From Eledone cirrhosa (lineage: Eukaryota), in assembly GCA_964016885.1 (NCBI GenBank), contig OZ024748.1, positions 50,964,001 to 51,028,000 of the forward strand: DNA of 64,000 nt, read 5' to 3'. The translations under genes and the position numbers were made by a program. Positions 15,418 to 28,419 of this stretch are shown piece after piece. The notes below the pieces were generated by a model. That model was not told the DNA's origin, ran no database searches, and saw nothing but the letters and a program-made list of their open reading frames with translations. Within the stretch, counting starts at the first letter, position 1. Each line of letters starts with the position of its first letter.

Positions 15418-15566
15418 CACACATACACACACACACACACATATTCTCATATATACATATACTCTCACACACACACACACACACACATGTATATATATAC
15501 ATATATATACAAATGTATGTATGTCTGTGTGCTGTTACTCTCACAAAATGCCGAATGACTAAAATG

Positions 15567-15673
<107 letters not shown>

Positions 15674-17522
15674 CACTGAACAAACTTCATTGCTTCGCCC
15701 TTTTAAATTCTTTCTTTCTTCCCTTCTTTGACACAACTCACAGCTAAAGACCAAATAATAGACATTCAAATTGGACTACAAACCACGTTGGATGATGGCT
15801 GAGCTGATAAGAAAAATCAAACAAAATATACACACTATACATGGATATACATGCTCGTGTACACGAAACTATACACACTTAGACACTCGAATACATGTAT
15901 ACAGACTATACAAATAGAAGAGAATAAATGAATAAAAATCTAAAATATGAAAATAAAAAATATACACACACACACACACGTATACATGCGTATATATATA
16001 TATATACACACACACATACATGCAAACACACACACATATATACATACACACATGCATAAATACCTACATACATATAGGTATACATAAATACATGCGTGCA
16101 TACAAACGTACATGCATACATGCATGCATACATACATATACGTTTACATAAATACATACACACATACATACATATATACCTATATGCATACATACATAGA
16201 CGCATGCCTATAGATGCATGCATACACATTCCATGAAATGAACATACATACACACAAACACACACATAAACATACATATATCATTATAAATATACGAATA
16301 CAAAAAAGTAGAGGAGATTGTTCTAAGTTTGTGAAACGAATGTCACCAGCTCTGAACCACCCCACCCCGGGACAGCCATGTCCAAATCACCTATCTACCA
16401 CTGTCAATTCACTACCAATACCATCAACTCACCTACACTGTAGTACCTGTCAGAGATAAGGTATTCAGGGACTATTTTCTATGTTTTTTTGGTTTGTTGA
16501 TTTGTTGTGTGTTGTTTGGTTGTTATTTTATACACTATCGGGGCACCATGTTCAGTGATGTAGATATAATAAGATTGTGATGTGTAGCTGTTTGTATGAG
16601 AGGGAGAGTGTGTGTTTGAGAGAGTGAGAGGGGGGTGAGAGAGAGGGGGGTGAGAGAGAGAGTGTGTTAGAGAGGGGGATTGAGAGAGACAGTGTGTGAG
16701 AGAGAGGGGGATTGAGAGAGAGAAAGAGTGGGGATGACAGAGAGACCGGGGTGAGAGGAGATTGAGAAGAGGGAGGGGGAGAAGAGAGAGGAGGAGAAGG
16801 GGAGGCGAAAAGGGGGGAATAGCGCGAGAGAGAGAGGGTGGTAGGGAATGAACGTGTATGTATGTGAGTGTGTGTATGTATATGTATATACATAAAAATC
16901 AAGTGTATAAATGTAAAAATGTATAGAACTCAACGTATCAGCCCCCCCCTCTCTCTCTCTCTCTCTCAATATATATACATATATATATACACACAAACAT
17001 ATAGATATACGTGTGTGTGTATGTAAATATATATGCATATATGTTTATATATCTTTGTATATATAAATGTATAGTGATAGATAGATAGATAAGAAGTTAG
17101 ATAGATATAAGGAGAGACAATTCTTAAATAATAGAATAATAGTTTATATATTTGCACGTATGCACATGTATTTGTGAGATTGTAGGTATGTGTGCTCAAA
17201 CAAAACCTACTTGGAATATATTACTTGTCAGGACACTACCTAGAGAATACAATACAAATGATAAGACATACATATTTACGTGAGTGCACACATCTACACG
17301 TCACACACACACATGTAATGTGTATACGTGTGTTTATTAGAAAAGCAGTAGCATATATATATATATATATATATATATTCTCTCATTACAACAGCAGAGG
17401 TCCAACGAGCTTTTCATTCCAGAGTCGGGCCAGATCGATGCAGATGGAAACTTGAGCTGATCAAATGCCATACGCACGTCACCAATCAATAAACGTAACG
17501 GAGGCTTAACAATTCGTCCTCG

Positions 17523-17554
<32 letters not shown>

Positions 17555-17558
<4 letters not shown>

Positions 17559-17699
17559 GAGTATGACCCCTACGGCAGAGCTCAAGCCGTTACGACGGCT
17601 ATTTCTGGACTAGTCCAGAAATAGCCGTCGAAACGGGTTGAGCTCTACTACCCTAAGTTATGCGTTATGGTCCATCTGGTTCCTTCCCACAATTCCTTT

Positions 17700-17703
<4 letters not shown>
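17555..17703 (+). mobile_element. fold-back family F1 copy (internally deleted)
   Basis: GACCCCTACGGCAGAGCTCAAGCCGTTACGACGGCTATTTCTGGACTAGTCCAGAAATAGCCGTCGAAAC plus partial tail, between (TA)n tracts. Confidence 0.8.
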
Positions 17704-17742
<39 letters not shown>

Positions 17743-17757
17743 ATAATAATAAATTTG

Positions 17758-17808
17758 AGTTTCAGAAGATCCCGTTAAGGGTGAAAGCAGCAATTCTTTG
17801 CTTAAACT
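17758..17808 (+). ncRNA. hammerhead-like motif with variant CAGAAGA core (family F3)
   Basis: AGTTT-CAGAAGA-TCCCGTTAAGGGT-GAAA-GCAG..TTGC-TT-AAACT. Related copies occur at 50214, 50353 and 61809. Confidence 0.55.
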
Positions 17809-17819
17809 TTAATCTGTTA

Positions 17820-17881
<62 letters not shown>

Positions 17882-18018
17882 AAGAAGAAAGTGACATAGT
17901 CACTACTTTAAAATTGATAGCGAATGGTCATCTAAATGTTTTTAATTAAACATACGCTATATTGCCAAATATACTATACATAAATTCATGTATACATCGC
18001 TATTTCAGAGCACCAATC

Positions 18019-18075
<57 letters not shown>

Positions 18076-18084
18076 TTGTTGTAG

Positions 18085-18410
18085 TTGAATCTGCGTCGGG
18101 TCCGACACCGAATGCTCCAGTTGATTCAATCAACGGAAATACCTGCTCGTAGAATTAACGACTAAGAGATTGAGCATTCCACAGGCACGAGCACCCTTAA
18201 AGTAGTCCTCGAGGTAATACAGTGTTACACAATGTGTGATAGGGCCGTTTCGATGAATTACAGGTACAGCTCATACTTGCCAGCGGATTGAACTGGAGCA
18301 ACATGAAATAAAGAATGCTGATCAAGAATACAGAGCGGCCCTTTTTTCGGGTATCAAACACACGACCTAACGATCGTAAGCTAAACCCCCTACACACTAA
18401 GCTAGGCGCC
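18085..18410 (-). mobile_element. old tRNA-derived SINE (family B-related)
   Basis: Minus-strand head GGCGCCTAGCTTAGTGTGTAGGG...TTTGATACCC. The body is similar to 45810-46130. Confidence 0.6.
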
Positions 18411-18939
18411 TTCCTTAAATATTTGCTTATATGTAAGTCTATACATACGTCAGAAAAAGTACTCAATACAACTATTATGCTAATATGTATGGACCCGTAA
18501 CTTCTGAGGGAATCGTGGAGGCAGCGTATTGACATACGGCATTTCTTGGGCATTTTGTAAACCTAGTGGTACCTCTACCCTCACCACGGCTGAATACAGT
18601 AGATTTCTTACAGAGAAGTATAGAGAGTGAGATAATAGAAGTGATAATGAGTCACAGAGGAAGAATCGTATTATTAACAGTATTATTAGTTTGAATGGAT
18701 GAAAGTCAAAGTTGAGCTCGGCAGGAATTGAACTCAGAGAGCAGAAATCCAAACCGAATACCGCAAAGCATTCAATCCGATGTTCTAAGCACCTCTGCCA
18801 CCTACGACTACGTAAAATCGGGTTTGTTTGTTTATATTAAGTGGCTGATGCAATCCCAAGAAACTGGGTTAAACAAAACACAGAATTAGCAACAAAAAAA
18901 TAGATTAACAATTATTAGCAACAAGGTCGAAATATTTCC

Positions 18940-19330
18940 AACCACCACCAATCTCCATCTTTTATCATCTCCGTTGTGGGACTCAGGTTTTACCTCTTTG
19001 TCTCTCCCTTTCCTATGAGTTTGTCTTACACAGGTTTCGTCTAGTTTGAATGCCCTGTCATATTCCATACTCATCACATGCCTATACCAATCTTTTCACT
19101 TAAACACTGCATGTGATTTCTCTGATGTTCAGACTTTCCTTCGGCTCATTCTTGCTTCGTCGTTTATGCACACTACCATTGTACATCCCCCAGAGTCTGC
19201 ACTGTCCTTTTCGTTCTAATCTTTACAAATCTGCATTCACAGCCGATGCATTGCGACCATGCATCATCGCATTCCGTACACAAGCATCATTCATTTCAAC
19301 ATATTGTTTATCATAATCAACTAAACACTA
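18940..19330 (-). mobile_element. decayed RTE-clade LINE 3' fragment
   Basis: Minus-strand translation contains WYRHVMSME, resembling the RTE RLRW.GHV.RM motif, followed by a decayed G.R.RGR-like segment. Confidence 0.5.
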
Positions 19331-19860
19331 ATAGAGGTGTTTAAGACTAACTCTCCGTGGCACATCCTATACTCTGTTGACTTCAGAGAATCGGACGCCA
19401 TGTTTTACAGCATATAGTTACGTCCTTTTACGTTCTGAGTTCAAATGCCGCCACGGTTGACTTTACCTTTCATCGTTACGGGGGTCGTAAGGATGAAATG
19501 TAAACGATCTGTTGGGGGGAGACGATTTAGTCGCCGACCGCACGACCATCAATGTCGTACAGGGTTACATGGTACAAGTAGCGGACATATTCTCGAGCTG
19601 ACACCATAGAAATATGTATAACATTTTGAAATTCTTAATTACCAAATTCACAAAGAAAATAAGCAGTAGAGTTGGGATTTGAACACAGGATCTAAGTGCA
19701 ATTACTATTACACTCTCGGCATTCTCATTTCGATTGTACTGGATTATATCAAACATATAACGGAAATATTAGCATTGTATGTTTGTGTGTGAATAAATAC
19801 ACGGGCACACACATGCACACAGACATATATATGTATATACATCCAACTATACGTACAGGC

Positions 19861-19916
<56 letters not shown>

Positions 19917-20044
19917 TCATTGATACGTACAAGCATGTATATATATACACATATTCATCGATACGTAGAAGCATATATATATATATATATATGTGTATGT
20001 GTGTGTGTGTGTGTGTGTGTATGTCTATCTATCTATCTATATAA

Positions 20045-20096
<52 letters not shown>

Positions 20097-20314
20097 TGTC
20101 TTCTTTGATTGATGCATAGTCTTACAATGTGTGAGCATAAATGTTATAAACGTATATAATTATAAGAAATTATTTCATGTATTATATTGAAGTGGTAGGT
20201 TTGTGACAGTAAAATCCATCTACTCCTATGTATACATGCATGCAACCATTAAAATATAGAGAACTTCATATATATATATATATGTATGTATACTGTGAGA
20301 GAGAGAGAGAGGTG

Positions 20315-20346
<32 letters not shown>

Positions 20347-20530
20347 TATACGAAAGCGATATATGAATATATATATATATATTCATATACGATATATGAG
20401 TATATGAGTCTATATATATATATATTGATAGATAGATATAGATATAAACACACACCACACACACACATATGTACATATATATATATATAAGCGTGTGTGT
20501 GTGTGTGTGTACACCACACACGCACATATG

Positions 20531-20565
<35 letters not shown>

Positions 20566-20889
20566 ACACCACACACGCACATACACTTGTACAATTGAGT
20601 TGAACCGCGAGATAAATACATATTTACTATCACAAAGCCTAAAGGAAAAAGGATAAAAGGTAATGAGAATAATTGGTGATGGTCGTTGATGATGATAGTG
20701 ATGATGGTAATGGTGGTGGTGGTGGTGGTGGTGGTGGTGGTGGTGGTGGTGGTAGTGGTGGTGGTGGTGGTGACTATGATGTAGTACCAGCAAGAGTGGT
20801 AATGAGGTGCTGGGTGGTGGCTGGTAGTGGTTACAGGCATAAGACTAGGTAAAAATAAAAATAAATTATCTTGGGAGATAAGTAGATGG

Positions 20890-20944
<55 letters not shown>

Positions 20945-21519
20945 TATGTATGTATATATATATATATGTGTATGCATGTATATATATATATATACATACA
21001 TACACATACATGCATACATACATACATACATATATACGCATATATATGTTGGTGTGTGTTCATATATATTTCTATATGAGTTTGAGAGGGAGAGAGGGGT
21101 AGAGAAAGAGATGGACAGATAAAGGCCGCCATGTTAGGAAAGAAGAAGAAGAAGAAGAAGAAGAAGAAGAAGAAGAAGAAGAAGAAGAAGAAATGAGGGA
21201 ATGAGGAAGTAAGAGGGTAAGAAGAGAGAAAGAGAGAGGAAGAGAGAGGAAAGGGGAGACATATGTCATGTTAATTCTCTTGATGTAAAATTAAATATGA
21301 AAACTACGTGAAAAACATTAGTTTAATTGAAGTGAGGTTAAGAGCACTTCCTGCCCATACAATACCCACAACGAGACTTCCATTTATAAGACTTGCTTTT
21401 ACGTTAAAATGAGGGAACTCTTTTGATTTTAAAGAGAATCATTCGTATACACTCAAAATATCACACAAGAAATTATCATCAACCATTTGTTTCTTCTTCT
21501 TCTTTACCTTCTCCTTGTC

Positions 21520-21524
21520 TTTTC

Positions 21525-21575
<51 letters not shown>

Positions 21576-21620
21576 ATCTCTCTCTACTTCTCTCACTCAC
21601 TTCTTCTATCTCTATTTCAA

Positions 21621-21669
<49 letters not shown>

Positions 21670-22010
21670 CTCTTTCCTTCAATATTTCTCAGTTTCTCTG
21701 CCTTTCTCTATTTCTCTCTCTCTCTCCCTATCCCTCTCTACTTCTCTCACTCACTTCTTCTATCTCTATTTCATTCTCTCTATCTCTCTCTCTCTGCCTC
21801 TCTTTCCTTCAATATTTCTCAGTTTCTCTGTCTGTCTCTATTTCTCTCTCTCTCTCCCTATCTCTCTCTACTTCTCTCACTCACTTCTTCTATCTCTATT
21901 TCATTCTCTCTCTCTCTCACTCTCTCTCTCTCTCTCTCTCTCTGCCTCTCTTTCCTTCAATATTTCTCAGTTTCTCTGTCTTTCTCTATTTCTCTCACTC
22001 ACTGCTTCTA
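21520..22010. repeat. about 3 tandem copies of a ~130-155 bp CT-rich unit
   Basis: The block TCCCTATCTCTCTCTACTTCTCTCACTCACTTCTTCTATCTCTATTTC...TCTGCCTCTCTTTCCTTCAATATTTCTCAGTTTCTCTG recurs near 21571, 21726 and 21856. Confidence 0.8.
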
Positions 22011-22103
22011 TATCTACACCAGTCTCTCTCTCTCACGCTCCCCTCACAGTCCCTCACATATATACACACACTAACCGTTCTTTAATATATGTAAGTACAG
22101 TAA

Positions 22104-22150
<47 letters not shown>

Positions 22151-22280
22151 ATGTTTACATCAGATTTTTGATTTTGTGTTATACGCAATTGTGTGATGTG
22201 ATGATCAGGCTATGTGGTATTTGTATGAGTTTCTGCGTATGTATATATCTATGTATGTGTCTACCTATGAACGTATGTGG

Positions 22281-22327
<47 letters not shown>

Positions 22328-22614
22328 GCGTATAGGATGTGTATGTCTTATAACTACGTGTATGGAAAAGTATATATATAATACATACATAAATATATAT
22401 ATATATATATATATATGTATTATATATATTTCTATATATATATGTATTATATATATTTCTATATATATATGTATTATATATATATATGTATTATATATAT
22501 ATTTATATATATGTACGTATTATATATATATATATATGTATGTACGTATTATATATATATGTATTATATATATATTTATATATATATACGTATTATATAT
22601 ATATATATAAGTAC

Positions 22615-22675
<61 letters not shown>

Positions 22676-22742
22676 TATATATATATATATATACATATTA
22701 TATATATATATATATACATATTATATATATATATATATATAC

Positions 22743-22792
<50 letters not shown>

Positions 22793-22846
22793 ATGTACAT
22801 ATTATATATATATATGTACATATTATATATATATATATATATGTAC

Positions 22847-22924
<78 letters not shown>

Positions 22925-23313
22925 GTGTGTGTGGATGTGCATGTGTCATGTCTACTTATAAGTATAAGAACTTAGATAAAAAGATAATTGCAAGAAATTG
23001 TATATTGAATATAGATATATATAACAGTGTGAGAGAGTAGAAGTTAGAGAGACATATAGAGAGAAATAGAAGTAGTATGGTAGTATAGAGAGGGTGGTAA
23101 CTACGTAGTGGGTGATAGTAAGAGTAGCAGGTAGAGAGAGATATTCAGAGAGAGGAGGAGTAGAGGTAGTATGATGGTATAGAGAGGGAAAAATGGAGAG
23201 AGTGTTAACTACGTAAAGGATGATAGTGAGGAAGAGAGAAGTGTCTTTGTAATTGTAAGAAGACTTGATTATAGCCAGAAAACATCTATATACACACATA
23301 CACATGCATGCAT

Positions 23314-23377
<64 letters not shown>

Positions 23378-23479
23378 ATGTATGTATGTATGTATGTATG
23401 TATGCGTTTGTGTGCATGTGTGTGCTTGCGTGTGTTTGTATATGTGTGTTAGTATGTGGCACTAGATGTTGTAATACTA

Positions 23480-23541
<62 letters not shown>

Positions 23542-23770
23542 GCAACACACATACATACACTCACACAATCATGAGATGTTATGAGAAATATTTTATACTT
23601 TGTGTTTATGTCAATGGGCTTGTGAGTGTGGTTATATGTGATAATATGTGTGTGTGAGTGTGATTATAGGTGATCGTGTGTATGTGTGTTTAAGAAGGAG
23701 GGATAAAGGCAAAGACAGACGAGAGAGTGAGAGACAGAGAGAGAGAGAGGCAGAGAGAGAAGATATATAA

Positions 23771-23807
<37 letters not shown>

Positions 23808-23945
23808 ATGGCTAAGTCGCAGACTGAGTTATAGAGGAAGGTAGGGGGTCGTTGGAATCCTGGTTGAAAAATAGATAGAAACAGAGAAAAGAGGGAGAAG
23901 GTTCTAAGTACAGATGGATGACAGGGGGTATGAAGTATTTGGCAA

Positions 23946-24140
23946 GGGTGGTGGATTGACAGTATCGGTAGAGGGCCGGGTGCCATGCTTTGCACCATGG
24001 AGTTACGGGCCTTTTCAATCTGAGTTCAAATCCCGCCGAGGTTAACTTTGCCTTTCATCCTTACAGGATCGATAAATTAAAGTACCAGTAATGTACTGGG
24101 ATAATTTATGGCCTTGTGCCAAAAGTAGAAACAATTATTT
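23946..24140 (+). mobile_element. SINE family A, full length
   Basis: A and B boxes, central domain and ...GGCCTTGTGCCAAAAGTAGAAACAATTATT end. Confidence 0.85.
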
Positions 24141-24176
24141 GTTCATGTGTGATTATATATACAAATATATACATAC

Positions 24177-24230
<54 letters not shown>

Positions 24231-24275
24231 TATATATAATATATAAGATCAAAAGATGGTTAAAAGAGTTCCATG

Positions 24276-24346
24276 TATTTTATTATGCGCATTTCAAAAA
24301 CAAATATCATCATGCAACAATATTTGTGTTTTCATCAGATAAAATA
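24276..24346 (-). ncRNA. complete type I hammerhead ribozyme motif (mirror copy)
   Basis: Reverse complement of 24452-24522 with all core nucleotides retained. Confidence 0.8.
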
Positions 24347-24451
24347 GGAAGACATGATATGAAGGTTAAAAAACACTTGTGAATAGTGCAGTTTTAAATC
24401 AACATATTGCACTATTCACAAGTGTTTTTTAACCTTCATATCATGTCTTCC

Positions 24452-24522
24452 TATTTTATCTGATGAAAACACAAATATTATTGCATGATGATATTTGTTT
24501 TTGAAATGCGCATAATAAAATA
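24452..24522 (+). ncRNA. complete type I hammerhead ribozyme motif
   Basis: Stem I TATTTTAT/ATAAAATA (8 bp); CTGATGA at 24460-24466; stem II AAACACAAATAT/ATATTTGTTTTT; GAAA at 24503-24506; palindromic stem III ATGCGCAT; AUA triplet at 24512-24514. Confidence 0.8.
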
Positions 24523-24670
24523 CATGGAACTCTTTTAACCATCTTTTGATCTTATATATTATGTATACTCCAGTCCTACAAACTGTAGAGTGCTTCTTAT
24601 CCGATATCTGCATTGCTTTATTGTACTACAATAAAACTCACCTCATACATATATATTTCTATTCCGTTTA

Positions 24671-24730
<60 letters not shown>

Positions 24731-24732
<2 letters not shown>

Positions 24733-24903
24733 AAAAAGGGGTTAAACTTTTTCCTATTACCCACTCTACTTCCCTAAGTATTGAGTACTCTGGTGTGTTA
24801 TGGTCCATCTGGTTCCTTAACACACCTGCTTCGTTATATATATATAGTCCAGAAATAGCCGTCGAAACGGCTTGAGCTCTGCCGTCAGGGTCATACTTTT
24901 TCC
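24731..24903 (+). mobile_element. fold-back family F1, rearranged copy
   Basis: Tail segment at 24731-24836, then TA, then the right arm GTCCAGAAATAGCCGTCGAAACGGCTTGAGCTCTGCCGTCAGGGTC. Confidence 0.8.
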
Positions 24904-24954
24904 TATATATATATATGTGTGTGTGTGTGTTTGTGTGTGCGCACGTGTATAATA

Positions 24955-25230
24955 AAGCCGAATGGCTTAGTGGTTAGAACATTGGGCATGCATTATGAAG
25001 ATTATGAGTTCGATTCTCAACCGGGTGATGTGTTGTATACTTGAGCAAGACACTTCATTTTACGCTGCTCCAGTTTCCTCAGCTGTAAAAACGACGTATG
25101 TCACTGGTGCAAATCTGTATCGATCTTTGCTTTTCTCTTGGACAACATCGATGGCGTGGAGGATGAAAACTGCATGGGTGGCTGCTAGTCTTCCACAAAC
25201 AATCTTGCCCAGACCGAAGTGTTCTTTACC
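24955..25230 (+). mobile_element. SINE family B-related copy
   Basis: TGGCTTAGTGGTTAG, GAGTTCGATTC and CTTGAGCAAGACACTT. Confidence 0.7.
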
Positions 25231-25238
25231 CTATATAT

Positions 25239-25340
<102 letters not shown>

Positions 25341-25954
25341 GTGTGTTCGTATTTTAGGTCTATAAATACGACGAAAGAGTACACAATACCAAAGTAGAAA
25401 CTATTCTATATAACATTTCTAATATTTTCGTGGTTCAGTCGTAACTCAGAAATCTCATGAGTATAACATATACACCTCATAACATCCGCTGACGAAGCAT
25501 ATGCACTATTTGTCAGGCATATTTGCACTTATACTGATACTACAGCCAATGGATTGTAACCCTGCACCTCATTGCTGTGGTATGGATTTGCAGAAACCTA
25601 ACTTGAGTCTACCAACTTAGATCTGGGACTTTATACATATATGTTTTCATGTATACCTTTATTATGAATCACGCTATGTTAGTGCTACTGCTAATTAAAC
25701 ATCTAATGTTTCGTTTCTCTTTTTAAGACTATACATTACTATTTGATTAGGATTTTGTTGATATTTCTAGCAGGTTCAGCCTCTCTCATTTTACTTGAAT
25801 TGGCCATGACTTAATATTCACTAATGTTAACAATCAGTTTAATTCTTTCTACATCAATTCTGAAGACATTTAGTTCTAGTAAATCTACAGTTTATTGTGA
25901 GGAACAAGTGGAACCATATATAGCCTTACTCAAGTAAACCGAGAGATCAATATA

Positions 25955-25986
<32 letters not shown>

Positions 25987-26879
25987 TGAGTGTGTTTGTG
26001 TGTGCGCGATTGCATGTGATGTGTATGAGTAGGTTTTATTCCCTTGCATCCCAAAATAAAAAGAAAAATAGACAAACAAGAGATGTGTATGCCGTAGGGC
26101 TCTCCCGTTAACCCGCCGTTCAAAACTTTTTATATGAGGCTGACCTGCAAATCACAAACCTTCCGTATGCATTAACAAACGAAACTTTAGGATCATACAT
26201 AAGTAGTCTTTATACAACCCTTCACAACACAATAAGTGACGCCTTGTCATATTCGCTTCAAGCTTCGACACACAAAAACAGTTCGTAGGGAATGCATTAA
26301 AACATTTCAGCTAATACCATATAATAGCCAATCAATGGCAGTATAGCGCAAATGTAAAGTAGAACATATACAACAAACATCATTTTATAGCTGGACATCC
26401 TAAAGATGGGGTCAGATGACCTTAAAATATCAATAATATAGACGTTGGAAAATCCCATACGTAACCAATAACAACAAAATCTCTAAAGGAAATGTGATGA
26501 ATTAAACATAGAATATAGGAAAAACGAAAACGGAACAAAATTGTTGAAAGATACGCCATGAAATACACACAGATGCAAAGATATACGTATGTATGTATGG
26601 ATGTATGTATGTATATGTCTATATATATATATATATTTATGTCATGCATCAATATATTTATACATATATACAATATACATACGCACATGCATATACATAT
26701 ACTTACAGTCGATATCTATATATCTATATATATATAAATATATTTATATATATATTATATATATATATATATATATAATAACTATATATATATAAATATA
26801 TTTATATATATATATTATATATATATATATATATATAATATCTATATATATATAAATATATTTATATATATATTATATA

Positions 26880-26922
<43 letters not shown>

Positions 26923-26937
26923 ATAAATATATTTATA

Positions 26938-26978
<41 letters not shown>

Positions 26979-28419
26979 CGTGTGTGTGTATTATACACAT
27001 ACACACAAACACACATGGAAATACATACATATATATATGTATGTATGTGCATGTGTGAGAGACAGTGTGTGTATGTATACATATATACACACACTGTTCC
27101 ATAGAGAATACGATGAAGAATCTTTGATTTAAGATATTTTAGAACTTACTCTTTGACAGAGACACACAATGACAGCAGTGGGTTCGGTCAGGGAGTAAAT
27201 TGGTGGTTATGGTGGTGGTGTTGGTGGTGTTGGTGGTGGTAGTGTTGGTGGTGGTGGTGGAGGTGGTGTTAGTGGTTGTGGTGGTGGGAGTGTTGGTGGT
27301 GGTGTTAGTGGTTGTGGTGGTGGTTGTGGTTGTGGTAGTGGTGGTTTTGTTGTTGTTGTTATTGGTGGTGGTGTTACAGTTGGGGGGTGATGGTGTTATT
27401 TATTGTTGTTGGTGGTGGTGGTGGCGGTGTTGGTGGTGGAGGTTATGGTGGTGGTGGTGGTGTTGGTGTTGTCGGTGGTTTTGTTGTTGTTGTTATTGGT
27501 GGTGGTGATGCTGGTGGTGGTATAGTTGTTGTTGGTGATGTTATTGTTGTTGTTGGTGGTGGTGTTGGTGGCGGCGGTGGTGGCGGTGGTGGTGGTGCTG
27601 GTATAGTTGGGGTGGTGGTGTTGGTGGCAGTGGTGGTTATGATGGTGGTGGTGGTGGTTATGGTGGACTGTAAGTTGGTGATGGTGGAGTGTAAGGTAAT
27701 GGAGAGTATGATGGTGGTGGTGAATTGTAAGGCATTGGTACTGGAGAATAAGATGGTTGTGTTCGTGGTGTAGGGATTTGGGTTGGTGGATATAGAGATA
27801 GGTACATAGATAGTGGGTGAGATGGAAAGAAAGAGATATTAAGAGAAAGAAAAGAGTGTGTGAGTGGGACATAAAGGGGGAGATATTGAGTTAGTGGAAG
27901 GGGGGGATAAATATAGAGAGAATGGAGAGGGGGGCGGAGATGGAGGGGGAGAGCGGGGAGGGGGGATGGAGAGAGCGCAGGGGTAGATAAAGAGATAGAG
28001 ATTGGAGGTGGAGAGGGAGAGAGCGGAGAGGGATATAAAAATAGAAAGAGTGGAGAGGGAGAGGGAGAGGGAGAGGGAGAGGGAGATAAAGATAGAGAGG
28101 GTTGAGAGTGATAGAGAGAGGGAGATAAATATAGAGAGGGTGGAGAGTGATAGGGAGAGGGAGGAAGAGATAGTGAAGAAAGTGGAGAAGGATGCGGAAC
28201 GATTGAGAGTTGAGAAGAAGAAAATGAGCGAAGATTGTTTCAGAGAAGTGATAACATACAGAGGCTACTATTGATAGAGAGGGAATCGGGAAAGAGAGGA
28301 AGTAGGAGGTAAACGCCATATTTTGGGGTGCAGCGTAGCACAGAGCATTGAGGTGTGGTGTAGTACAGAGTGGTGTGGCGTAGTATAATGTGGTGTGATG
28401 GAGAACAGTGTGGTCTGGA

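Larger units (their letters stand above)
24238..24674 (+). mobile_element. fold-back element family F2: ~153-bp inverted repeat (24238-24390 / 24408-24560) plus tail, flanked by (TA)n
   Basis: Arms are nearly identical; the ORF track shows the same peptide on both strands. The spacer is 17 nt and a unique tail runs to ~24674. Confidence 0.9.
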
